From: Amoeboradix gromovi X-113
Taxonomy: Eukaryota; Fungi; Sanchytriomycota
Direction of reading: 5' to 3'
DNA length: 19,014 bases
Assembly: GCA_018985225.1 (NCBI GenBank)
Contig: JADGIF010000113.1
Coordinates: 1 to 19,014 of the forward strand
Shown in pieces: positions 1 to 8,697 of the stretch. Below the pieces are notes generated by a model that ran no database searches, had not been told where the DNA came from, and was given only the letters and a program-made list of their open reading frames with translations. How positions within the stretch are numbered: position 1 is the first letter of the stretch; each line of letters begins with the position of its first letter. The translations under genes and the position numbers were made by a program.

Positions 1-1179
1 ATCTAAAATAAAGACTGGATGAAAGGGTAAAAGAATAGCTATACAGACTGTTTATTTTTGAAATTTGGATACAAATTCTCTAGTCTAGTTTTTACAGAGC
101 ATGTCCCTGATGTTTGGGACAAAATTTGCCAAAATGGTAAACTGTATGTCGGGGATACTCCCTGAAAGATGTTCTTACAATAGTGGCCAATTTTGTCGTT
201 GCGGCCAAACAGGTCTTTCGTGCTTCATGAAATAACTATGTGCGACATTTCTATGCCAAGAGTAACTTTACATCGATCAAAGACTTTGCTACAGTGTTCG
301 CATTCTGAGATTGTTGATCAACATTTATTAGTTGCTACTCCATATCTACGGACACAATTTTTTCAGCTGTCTCCCCAGTAAAATGTTTTATCTCTTTTCT
401 GGTTTATCGTTGAAGCACAAGCTAGTAGAACCTTTCTGTCCTTGTAGTTCATTTAGTTTACTGTTTGCAGTGATTATAAATCAGATTCACGAATTGACTC
501 TATAAAACACTCACAAAGAGCGACTGCAGTTCTTATTGGAAGCCATTTTGCAAATTCTGCCTCTCAACAGGGTGAAAGTCTGCTAGGTTATGTTTTTAAA
601 TGACTACCAGTTTAATAACATTCTACCAATCAGTGCCAACTACAAAACAAATGGGACATCAAATATAAAAACTGGACTAACTTTGTGTAACAACTTGGAA
701 CGTTATTTCAGCTTTATTAATTTTATGGATTCAAGAGGCGAGTGGACATTCAGCTAGCTGCGGAGTTGACGAGTATAAAAGGAAAATAAATAACTTTTTG
801 TATCGAAATTTCAAAAACAAATATTCTGTACAGCTATTCTCTTACTCTTTCATCCAATCTTTATTTCAAATAAAATATTACTATTACTCTTCAAAGAAAT
901 AGATAAGAGTAATGATGCTAGTATAACATTACAAAATGACTCTAGATAAGAGTACCGTCTAAGAAAATGCACCTTTTGCTTAGATGCTCAAAGACCTTTC
1001 ATGTTTGAACGAGATGCAGGGTCTTCTACTTTTATTTTGAAGAGGGGATTGAAAGTAATGATAGCATTTCCTGCGTATGGAGCACCTTTAAAAACGAGTT
1101 AGTCTAGTTTTTATATTTGGTGTCCTATGATTGTGAATATTTTAATGGGCAGTTGTTTTGAAATTCGGATTTTCATCTG

Positions 1180-1211
1180 ATTGGACACAACACGTGAGAT
1201 AAATGTGAGAT
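1180..1211 (+). promoter_or_regulatory. Putative RPS18 promoter elements: reverse CCAAT box (ATTGG 1180-1184), E-box CACGTGA (1191-1197), GTGAGAT direct repeat (1194-1200, 1205-1211)
   Basis: The motifs cluster 22-54 nt upstream of the RPS18 ATG. TCACGTG is the Cbf1/bHLH-type site. Function is inferred. Confidence 0.35.
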
Positions 1212-1233
1212 TTGATAATTTCAACTTTTATTA

Positions 1234-1704
1234 ATGTCATTAGTTATTGGTGAGGGTTCGCAATTTCAACATATTTTACGTTTGTTGAATACCAACGTTG
1301 ATGGAAAAATTAAGATTATGTTTGCTCTAACAGCTATTAAGGGTGTAGGTAGAAGATACGCCAACTTGGTTTGTAAAAAAGCTGATGTTGATATCTCAAA
1401 GAGAGCTGGAGAACTCACAAATGAAGAACTAGAGCGTATTATTGCTATTGTCCAAAACCCATTAGAATATAAAATCCCAACTTGGTTCTTGAATCGTCGA
1501 AGAGATTTCAAGACTGGAGCTACATCTCAATTGCTTGCTTCTGACTTAAACTCTGCTCTGCGTGAAGATTTGGAGAGATTAAAGAAAGTCAAGAGCAATC
1601 GTGGCTGTCGCCACGCTTGGGGACTTACTGTTCGTGGACAACACACAAAGACTACAGGTCGACGTGGTAAGACTATGGGCGTTGGTAAAAAGAAGGTTCA
1701 ATAA
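1234..1704 (+). CDS. RPS18: 40S ribosomal protein S18 (uS13), intronless, 156 aa
   Basis: Diagnostic eukaryotic uS13 motifs: [79 protein letters not shown]. Confidence 0.98.
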   Translation: MSLVIGEGSQFQHILRLLNTNVDGKIKIMFALTAIKGVGRRYANLVCKKADVDISKRAGELTNEELERIIAIVQNPLEYKIPTWFLNRRRDFKTGATSQLLASDLNSALREDLERLKKVKSNRGCRHAWGLTVRGQHTKTTGRRGKTMGVGKKKVQ

Positions 1705-1823
1705 AGGATATAAATTAATCAACAATTTGTTATTGATCTTGTGTTTTTCAGTGGCAAATAAAATTTAAAAGTGCCTTGATATTCAAAGGCGTGCTATGGG
1801 GAGGTTGCCTCCTTGCCGCAACC

Positions 1824-2126
1824 ATGGGACTTCCTTTTAAAGTCGCACGCAAAATTGTAGATCGTAAACTTTCCTTTAATATTAAAAATATAAAGCAACT
1901 GAAGATTCCTCAAGACTCCAGTATTCCAAAAATTAAAGATTTTAAAATCGACATTTTGCCTGCTATTAAATATCAGGCAGCTCATGGTAATCACTCTATA
2001 ACCACTTCTTATGGTGAGAACCTAATTGTTGAAAACATACATGGGAAATCTATCACCTTAAACCCTGCTAATATATCTTTAGAACTGGAAAACTTTTTGG
2101 GAAAAGCAATTATAAGTGAAGAATAA
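1824..2126 (+). CDS. 100-aa protein, probably a divergent mitoribosomal mS25/mL61 (L51/S25/CI-B8 thioredoxin-like fold)
   Basis: The ATG at 1824 is in an ideal ACCATGG context, so the TTG start at 1776 is unlikely. The N-terminus is basic and nearly acid-free. IKNIKQLKI...KIKDFKIDILPAIKYQ...LIVENIHGKSITLN...ENFLGK parallels the recalled family pattern VKVMTV...GARKFVFFNIPQIQYKNP...LRFYLDSGEQVLVD...KILGK. Confidence 0.45.
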   Translation: MGLPFKVARKIVDRKLSFNIKNIKQLKIPQDSSIPKIKDFKIDILPAIKYQAAHGNHSITTSYGENLIVENIHGKSITLNPANISLELENFLGKAIISEE

Positions 2127-2127
2127 A

Positions 2128-4371
2128 TCATATTTTATTAAAATAAGTCAAAACTCTGATCTGCAAACCATCAAGGTAGCTCCAACTAATTATTTTCCAT
2201 TCCAAATACTTTTCTTTGTAACTTTTCCACTGCATTATCTTTGAAAATCGAGTACTTTCAAACTGCGTAACAAATGGCCTTAATCTTATTGCAAAGATTG
2301 AAAGCTGGTATCCTAAAAAAGTTGAATCTTTTGCACAGCTTACTAAAAATTTCAAGCACTTGAGTAACAACTGCAGAGTCAAAATGCAAATTATTATGAC
2401 GTATTTCAGGGTTATAGTAAAAATCAGAACAACCCAAGGCAAGGAACATATCAAGCTTACCACATGTAAAAACGTTACCTTTTTTTGAACTTGGTTTAAA
2501 AACCCAGATATCTCCCTGCTTGCAAACGAATTAGTACAATTTGCAAGAAATTCATCAAACGGTGCGCAAAATAATTTGGATTTAGACAGAAACTGAAGTG
2601 CAGCGTGTTGATTAGCAAGAATTTTGTGCGTTAAAATGTCCCAACCCTCTACTGGCTTGTATCCCAAACACTTGATCGTACAATTAAAACTTTTGCTTTT
2701 TTTCTCAAACCATTCTGGGATGTCCAGAAAGCTTTTGTTCCAAGTCAAAACAGGTGCTTCCAGTTTCAACTCTAAAGAGTCGGCAATTTGTTTTAACATT
2801 TTCTCTACGCTCTCAATTTTATCAACCAGAGAACATTTTAAAAGACCTTTTATTGCGGTTGAAAATTCTGGCCAGTTTATTGCATCTGCCAAATTATTAA
2901 TTGCAGTATATACTTTTCCCACTTCTGCTTTTGTAGAGTTCCCGATCAAATATCTGAAGTTATTTATTGGTACATTAACTTTTGCGTTTACAGCAGTTTC
3001 AACCGCTCTCAAATAAACTTCAAACTCGCTGTTAAAGGTATACATGCTTTCATCTAACAAGTCCTCTATCTGCTCCTTAACATAATGCTTGGCTTCATTT
3101 GATATTGCACTGAAATCTTGCTTTATCATTGGCTCTAATCCCAACAAACCTTTGGCTATAAAGGCCGTATTATATAGTAAAAATAGAATTAACGCGCTCT
3201 GGCAAAAGAGACTAACATGTGTGTAAGTAAATGTATTTAAGTAATTAAATGCTCTTGTTGAATGCCTTGGTGATATTTGCCTTGATATTTTGAACAGCAA
3301 TGGATTCATGGTATATTGAAGTATTGTAGTAGATGTTGGTGTTGTGCAATTGTCCTTTATGATCTTTGTATTCAGAATTGAAATGCTGTCTTTTTTAATT
3401 ATGCTGCTCAAAAACTTGGCCCTTTGCTCATTGCAATATAGAGAATAAGCTGCCTTTGTTATGTTGAGTATTATAGCGAAAAATAAAATAAATGCAGCTA
3501 TGTAATAAAGGTTATGAAATATCTCATATACTTGCAGATCATAATTAACTGTGTAATTGAAGTTAAAATCAACCCAACTGCGTTCCGGTGTATCGGAAAG
3601 CTTAAACACAGGAATATCCAACTGTATATTGCTAAAGTTAGAAGTAAATGACTCGAAAACAGACTTAAGCTGGCTTTCGGTGGAATCCCAATACTGAGAA
3701 ATATTGGGTTTAGAATCCAGAAATGGTTGAATTATTTCATTAGTATAAGTTGAAGTCAGTTGTTTGGAATCCAAAAACTGGGCAATGCTCGGAAATTTAT
3801 AATCATTAAGTAGTTCAAATGAGGATAGAAACGGAATGTCACCAATAACAGACTCAATTACATCCTTAATACTTTGAAAATCGCTGTTAGTGTGCTGAAC
3901 TAAATCATTAACTTGTGATTCCATATCAGATACAATCTTTTGAATAGCTGCAATAATTGTATTAATTTGGGACTGGATTACCGCCAACACGGAAGTAGTT
4001 AGATCATAGCCAACATCGAGGAACAATGTAAGCAAACATCTTATCGTGCCAGTGAGTATTTTTATTAAATAAATAAATAAATTCTCGCCCATATCAAATG
4101 CCACTTTAAGGGACTTGTGCAAAATGTTGATGGTTTGAGTAGACAATGAATTAACCTGGGTTTCCAATGATTTTTGATAAACACTTGGTGATTCAATCAT
4201 TTTTCTACCGAGGTTATTGGCTACTAAGATGCTACTCTTGAAATTATCATTTAACCGAAATATAAACTCAATAACATTATTCTCTGTCTCATATATGGTT
4301 AAAATTCCTAGAGCAATCAGTACTATCTGAAGATTGACCCATTTAAGGGAAAGTTCAACATACCAGTCCAT
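2128..4371 (-). CDS. PRM1: Plasma membrane fusion protein Prm1 homologue, 747 aa, multi-pass
   Basis: N-terminal LSLKWVNLQIVLIAL resembles yeast LSQIWLNKYTLVLLL. ENLFIYLIKILTGTIRC(112)LL resembles EGLVNFAIDLYLGTYACLI. IKGLLKC(513)SLVDKIESVEK resembles the conserved second-loop Cys motif. Hydrophobic segments lie at about aa 12-27, 288-305, 388-408 and 635-675, with long amphipathic helical loops carrying N-glycosylation sequons. Confidence 0.8.
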   Translation of the reverse strand: MDWYVELSLKWVNLQIVLIALGILTIYETENNVIEFIFRLNDNFKSSILVANNLGRKMIESPSVYQKSLETQVNSLSTQTINILHKSLKVAFDMGENLFIYLIKILTGTIRCLLTLFLDVGYDLTTSVLAVIQSQINTIIAAIQKIVSDMESQVNDLVQHTNSDFQSIKDVIESVIGDIPFLSSFELLNDYKFPSIAQFLDSKQLTSTYTNEIIQPFLDSKPNISQYWDSTESQLKSVFESFTSNFSNIQLDIPVFKLSDTPERSWVDFNFNYTVNYDLQVYEIFHNLYYIAAFILFFAIILNITKAAYSLYCNEQRAKFLSSIIKKDSISILNTKIIKDNCTTPTSTTILQYTMNPLLFKISRQISPRHSTRAFNYLNTFTYTHVSLFCQSALILFLLYNTAFIAKGLLGLEPMIKQDFSAISNEAKHYVKEQIEDLLDESMYTFNSEFEVYLRAVETAVNAKVNVPINNFRYLIGNSTKAEVGKVYTAINNLADAINWPEFSTAIKGLLKCSLVDKIESVEKMLKQIADSLELKLEAPVLTWNKSFLDIPEWFEKKSKSFNCTIKCLGYKPVEGWDILTHKILANQHAALQFLSKSKLFCAPFDEFLANCTNSFASREISGFLNQVQKKVTFLHVVSLICSLPWVVLIFTITLKYVIIICILTLQLLLKCLKFLVSCAKDSTFLGYQLSIFAIRLRPFVTQFESTRFSKIMQWKSYKEKYLEWKIISWSYLDGLQIRVLTYFNKI

Positions 4372-4378
4372 TATTTAC

Positions 4379-4388
4379 AAACAAAGAA
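4379..4388 (-). promoter_or_regulatory. TR-box-like HMG-box binding site TTCTTTGTTT, 8-17 nt upstream of the PRM1 ATG
   Basis: Exact match to the S. pombe Ste11 TR-box consensus TTCTTTGTTY. It is a single copy in AT-rich DNA, so chance is possible. Confidence 0.3.
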
Positions 4389-4952
4389 CCAGCTAAGGGT
4401 TTTAACATAAAGTAGATTCTAATTGAAGGGACATTTGTCATTATAACATGGCATTTGTCTTTTCAATAACCCTTCTTATGAGAAGTGTTGATTGAATAAA
4501 AAACAGAATATCTAGTTTTCTTATTTATGACAAACGGCTCCAAATAATCTCAGATAGAAAATTTCAAACCTAAATGCGCCGACAAGAAATTCAGGGTGAA
4601 TCCTTCTCCATTCGTGTATGGTCTAAGCATGAAAGTTCTTCAAATAAAGGGAAATACATTGACTGAGTATGATGACGAACTCACTAGTAAGATTTATGTT
4701 ATGTAGGACTCCGAAGAAAAGCAATTTGGAGACACACACATATGCAAGCTGTCACTTGGAATTACATAGAGACCATAAGACAGCAAATAGTATACACTTG
4801 AAATAGTTGTTTTCCTTTTATTTCCGTGCCGGGTAAATGGGAACGCGAGAAACCACTGCAGTGGATGACTGGCATTGTGAGTTTCTCTGCCGAAGTTCTT
4901 GATTTCCTCAAAAGTCAGGTATTTTAAAGAGTTACTAATTAGGTCTCATTGT

Positions 4953-5426
4953 TTATTGCAAAGCTAAAATAAATAGCAAACCAACAAGGCTGGAAAAAAC
5001 ACTAGAGTATCCGGATCCTGTGTTCGTGTTATCAGGCGCGTTTGTTGCGCAGACATAAAATAAATTTAATTCCTGCTCAATTTGAGTTGCGTTCCAGATT
5101 TGGAACATGTAATGACGTTGTTTTTCTTTCATCGTACAATCGGTGATATTTTTAACTGTTAATGAATCAATGGCGACTGCCTTTTCTCCCAGAGCATGAT
5201 CGTATAAATGAAAACCATTACAGGTGCCGGTCTTGGTTAGAGTTGCATTACTATAAATGAACTTATTAGTAAACAAAGTAGCTAACTTAGTAGCATTTGT
5301 TACCGTATCGGAAACCATATCACCTTGACTGGTATATGTTACTTTTAGGGAGCAACTGCCGCTTAACCCTATAGTCTTTGTAACATCATCAGCTGCAACC
5401 AAAACTAGAAAAGCTGAAATCATCAT
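4953..5426 (-). CDS. Small secreted, probably GPI-anchored cell-surface glycoprotein, 157 aa, orphan
   Basis: Short signal peptide MMISAFLVLVAA|DD, four Cys, and four N-glycosylation sequons (NAT x3, NIT). A polar linker NTNTGSGYSS precedes a terminal hydrophobic tail VFSSLVGLLFILALQ with no cytoplasmic residues. Confidence 0.8.
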   Translation of the reverse strand: MMISAFLVLVAADDVTKTIGLSGSCSLKVTYTSQGDMVSDTVTNATKLATLFTNKFIYSNATLTKTGTCNGFHLYDHALGEKAVAIDSLTVKNITDCTMKEKQRHYMFQIWNATQIEQELNLFYVCATNAPDNTNTGSGYSSVFSSLVGLLFILALQ

Positions 5427-7000
5427 CCTTGTTTTGAATACCTACGGATTCCATCAGTATTTCACGTCACGGCGTAATATGGGACATGATCTACAAAACA
5501 CAAACTTTTTAAAACGGGTATCTCAAAAGATAGGACTACTCTAGCAAAACGTTCCCGTATTTATCAGCTAGACTTTAAGCGATAACTCGTTATCAATACC
5601 TGTGATTTCGTTCAAGACTTGAAAATTAGAAAACTCCCATGTTTTAACACCAAGGGTATAAACAAGCCTCTAGTTTGAAACTCCAAAAGGACCAGTTGCA
5701 TTATGCCTATGGCTATCGACACCGTAGCAAATCATATCTTTCGACTTTTCCCCTGTATATACCCTGACTTTTTTCTATCGGCAGCAACAAATTTCAACAC
5801 AAGCTTTTATACACCACATTCATGTTTGCTGGCGCTACTCAAGCGCCTATAAAGCAGAAGGCCCATTGTTTGTTTGTTGCATCTCTTGATAAAATGAGAC
5901 TGGTGTGCTAGCGGAAATTTAAAATTAATAGAGTTTCTCAATAATCTAAGTATGGCGTTAAGTCCAATTATAATGATTGCTATTCAAATGCTGCCAAAAT
6001 TGCAGGGAATGCATAAAATTAATTCAAATACTGCCTGCATCTAGTTTGGCCCTTGACAAGATAAATTTCTTGGCGGTATAAAAAATCAACCTTTATTCAA
6101 AATACTCAAGGACGTTCTAGCAGCAATCGTGAGAAGTTCTGAATAAACAAATACATCAGCTTATATAATTTAGCTTCAGAGAATTTAAAAAGATTAACAC
6201 TAGACTAAGCACAGCCGCTACTGCAACACATAAGTTAGTTACTCAGCAAATATTGCTGGTATTCACTATTTGTTTCTTGATCATCTTCACAAGATTTAAT
6301 TAGCCTCACATCTAGGCATATATCGCAGTCAACAAGTTAAAGATTAACAGTTTCGATTAATTTACTTTTTGTGATTCCGATCCTTTCACCGACTTTGCAT
6401 CATTCATAAGAACAGAAAACTTTACCAAATGATAAAATATCAGTCTTCTAATTTAAGAAATTTATCTACTGTTGTGATACCCTACCTTGTTTACCATTTC
6501 AAAGCTGCTCCATATTTTATCACTCAGTAAGATCAAGTGACTCTAGTCGCTCGTACCAAACACTCTGTCAGCTATCAAGAGTAAAATGCTAGCCATTGCT
6601 AGTTTCATATAAGTATTCAAGTCTTCAGCTTAATGAGCTAAAGTACGATTAAGACATTATGAGCTCTATCGCATGTACCTTGTGTGACACGATATGATTA
6701 CCTCGAGAATGGTTTTGGTAAGTTCCGTCTCTACTTGGGATGTGCTAGCCTTCATGCCACAACTCTGCACTAGAATGCGCTACTTGGCCGTGTTCACATT
6801 TGACGGAGTGACAAGTCGAAAATATGAAGCGAATTACTTATGTAGACTGCATGCAATCTCTGTATCCGAGTCTGTAAACGCGCTGTCTCTACAACAACAT
6901 TAAAACCAAAGCTTGACCTGGCTTGTACATCAGGTGTTATTCAAGAAGAGCTTAGGATAGACGAAAAAACTCATGAAGCGCGTATCTGTTTATTAACTGC

Positions 7001-7726
7001 CTAGTCTTCTAATATCATTTTAGCATACTCCACCCCGTCTAACTGAACATCGTATATTCCGTCATAGCTTTTGCCAAACATTTTGCTCATCACAGGCGCA
7101 TCTATCCCATAAAAGCCTCTGACATACTTGTGCTGATCGAAAATCCAGTATATCAGACCAAATGTAGCAAAAACCCCAGCCAACTCTTTAGCGTACTGAA
7201 AAGATGACTTGCCAGTATGCTCTTCATTGTACATGGTAGGTGCAAAGGAAGTTATTATATCGTCTTCTTCATGCAGTGGATCGCCTATGTTCCTCCTGTC
7301 CCAAGGGTCATCATAACTGCCGTATGGATCTTTCTCTGACGTATATTGAAACGGACCATTCTTCCATATTTTAGGATGCTGACCATCCACTTTACCGAGG
7401 TCATGCATACCAAAGGGAAGAATGCCACTCTGCCTACCAGACGCTTCTTTGCTCCATTCCACAGGTTCTGCCCAGTCTTTAGATAACAATTCGTTGTACT
7501 TTAGCGTTGCACCATCAGTAGTAGGGTGCTGTATATCTTTTATCTCGTCTTCAGCCAGCTCAAACGGGTTTGGGATATCGTCAAACTTTGTGCCCATCGA
7601 TGGCTGATCAAACTCTTTGTAGACATCCAGTACGTTCGGATCTGGTTTGTATTTTGTTACCGTGTTCCCAGTCATGAACACAGGTAATTTGGCTCTTAAA
7701 ACTCTGTTTGTATACCTCAGATACAT
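7001..7726 (-). CDS. NDUFB8: NADH:ubiquinone oxidoreductase accessory subunit B8 (ASHI), 241 aa
   Basis: Arg-rich mitochondrial presequence (MYLRYTNRVLRAKL). The family motif KDPYGSYDDPWDRRNIGDPLHEEDD..TSFAP (compare RDPY..WDD...RRNFGEP.HED.D) is followed by one TM helix, LAGVFATFGLIYWIF. Confidence 0.85.
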   Translation of the reverse strand: MYLRYTNRVLRAKLPVFMTGNTVTKYKPDPNVLDVYKEFDQPSMGTKFDDIPNPFELAEDEIKDIQHPTTDGATLKYNELLSKDWAEPVEWSKEASGRQSGILPFGMHDLGKVDGQHPKIWKNGPFQYTSEKDPYGSYDDPWDRRNIGDPLHEEDDIITSFAPTMYNEEHTGKSSFQYAKELAGVFATFGLIYWIFDQHKYVRGFYGIDAPVMSKMFGKSYDGIYDVQLDGVEYAKMILED

Positions 7727-7731
7727 TCAAG

Positions 7732-7774
7732 TGATGGTGTTTCACTTGGATCCAAGAAAAATAGAACACCATCA
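7732..7774. repeat. Inverted repeat TGATGGTGTT/AACACCATCA (10 bp) enclosing the 12-bp palindrome CTTGGATCCAAG (7745-7756)
   Basis: Read directly from the sequence. It lies in the 160-bp head-to-head spacer, starting 5 nt from the NDUFB8 ATG. Confidence 0.7.
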
Positions 7775-7886
7775 AGAGGCTACCGCAGCGAGAGAATCTG
7801 GGTGGTTACCGAGTCTTGATATGCTCTATGCATCGAAACTCTCATTTGGTTGCGTTCAAGTGTGAGGATGAACCCGCAAGGCCAGA

Positions 7887-8687
7887 ATGTTTTCTGGATC
7901 CAGAAAATTTGGGAAAATGCAGGGAAGTGGAGCAGTACGTACTGGTAAATATGAATACTCTGGTGGCTTCAAGAACGGTAAGTTTCACAGCTATGGTACA
8001 CTAGTTACGAATGAGTGCATCTATGAAGGCCTATTTGAAAACGGTGAAATGATCCACGGCACTCTAAAGACTGGCAGCCTGGAATATACTGGCAACTTAT
8101 CAGATTACCAAATGAACAACCAAGGGGAGACTTATTACTATCGCGCTAGCTGTAAGAAAACGAGCATCATGCACTACAGGGGTGCTTTCTTTAATGGCCA
8201 ATATCATGGCAACGGTGTATGTTTGGACAGCAATGGCATTCAGTATCGCGGGATCTTTGAGAATAACTTGAAATCTGGGTTGTTTGAAGTCACTTTCCCA
8301 TGTGGACAGACCTTGTCCATTGTTTATGTGATGGACATTGTAGATTCTGTTGAATCACATGTAGAGAATGTGTTCAAGGTGTCTGATGACATCGACAGCC
8401 TCTTGTTACAGGATGTCTTCCAGTTCTACAAAGGCACCTTGATGAACTTTTATCGCAAGATTTCTGACGGAAATAAGTGGATGACCACAAGTCAGCTGCT
8501 GTTTTACTTAAAAAGGTTCCAATTTGAAATTGATCTGGGAACGTTAATGAATGACCGCTTTGTTCTTCCGTATCACTTTGTAGATGTTATTTGCAAAGTA
8601 TCCATGATCATGTACCCTCGACATTATGAAAAGAATGCTGTCGAGGAGAGTTTGCACTTTTTTATAAGATACAACGTAGCTCAGTAA
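7887..8687 (+). CDS. MORN-repeat protein, 266 aa; likely a strongly shortened radial spoke head 10B (RSPH10B)-like protein
   Basis: About six MORN repeats (YSGGFKNGKFHSYG, YEGLFENGEMIHG, YRGAFFNGQYHGNG, YRGIFENNLKSG). The C-terminal MTTSQLLFYLKRF...VLPYHFVDVICKVSMIMY...FFIRYNV resembles the post-MORN helical domain of RSPH10B. The MORN call is strong; the orthology is moderate. Confidence 0.75.
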   Translation: MFSGSRKFGKMQGSGAVRTGKYEYSGGFKNGKFHSYGTLVTNECIYEGLFENGEMIHGTLKTGSLEYTGNLSDYQMNNQGETYYYRASCKKTSIMHYRGAFFNGQYHGNGVCLDSNGIQYRGIFENNLKSGLFEVTFPCGQTLSIVYVMDIVDSVESHVENVFKVSDDIDSLLLQDVFQFYKGTLMNFYRKISDGNKWMTTSQLLFYLKRFQFEIDLGTLMNDRFVLPYHFVDVICKVSMIMYPRHYEKNAVEESLHFFIRYNVAQ

Positions 8688-8697
8688 ATGAAATACT

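Noticed and set aside
31-381. Protein-like fragments at the window start and ORF 193..381
   Set aside because: TTG start, multiple stops and frame changes, and no recognisable motif. It may be pseudogene debris, but this cannot be supported.
840-955. TAGATAAGAGTA direct repeat (about 900 and 943) and an ATTACTCTT/AAGAGTAAT inverted repeat
   Set aside because: Short, AT-rich, two copies only; no element boundaries or target-site duplication.
1266-3016. Small overlapping ORFs 1266..1511, 1794..1994, 2258..2449 and 2624..3016
   Set aside because: Antisense or off-frame shadows of RPS18, the CI-B8-like gene and PRM1.
6694-6903. 69-aa ORF (also contains a GTAAGT)
   Set aside because: No motif, targeting signal or convincing splice partner.
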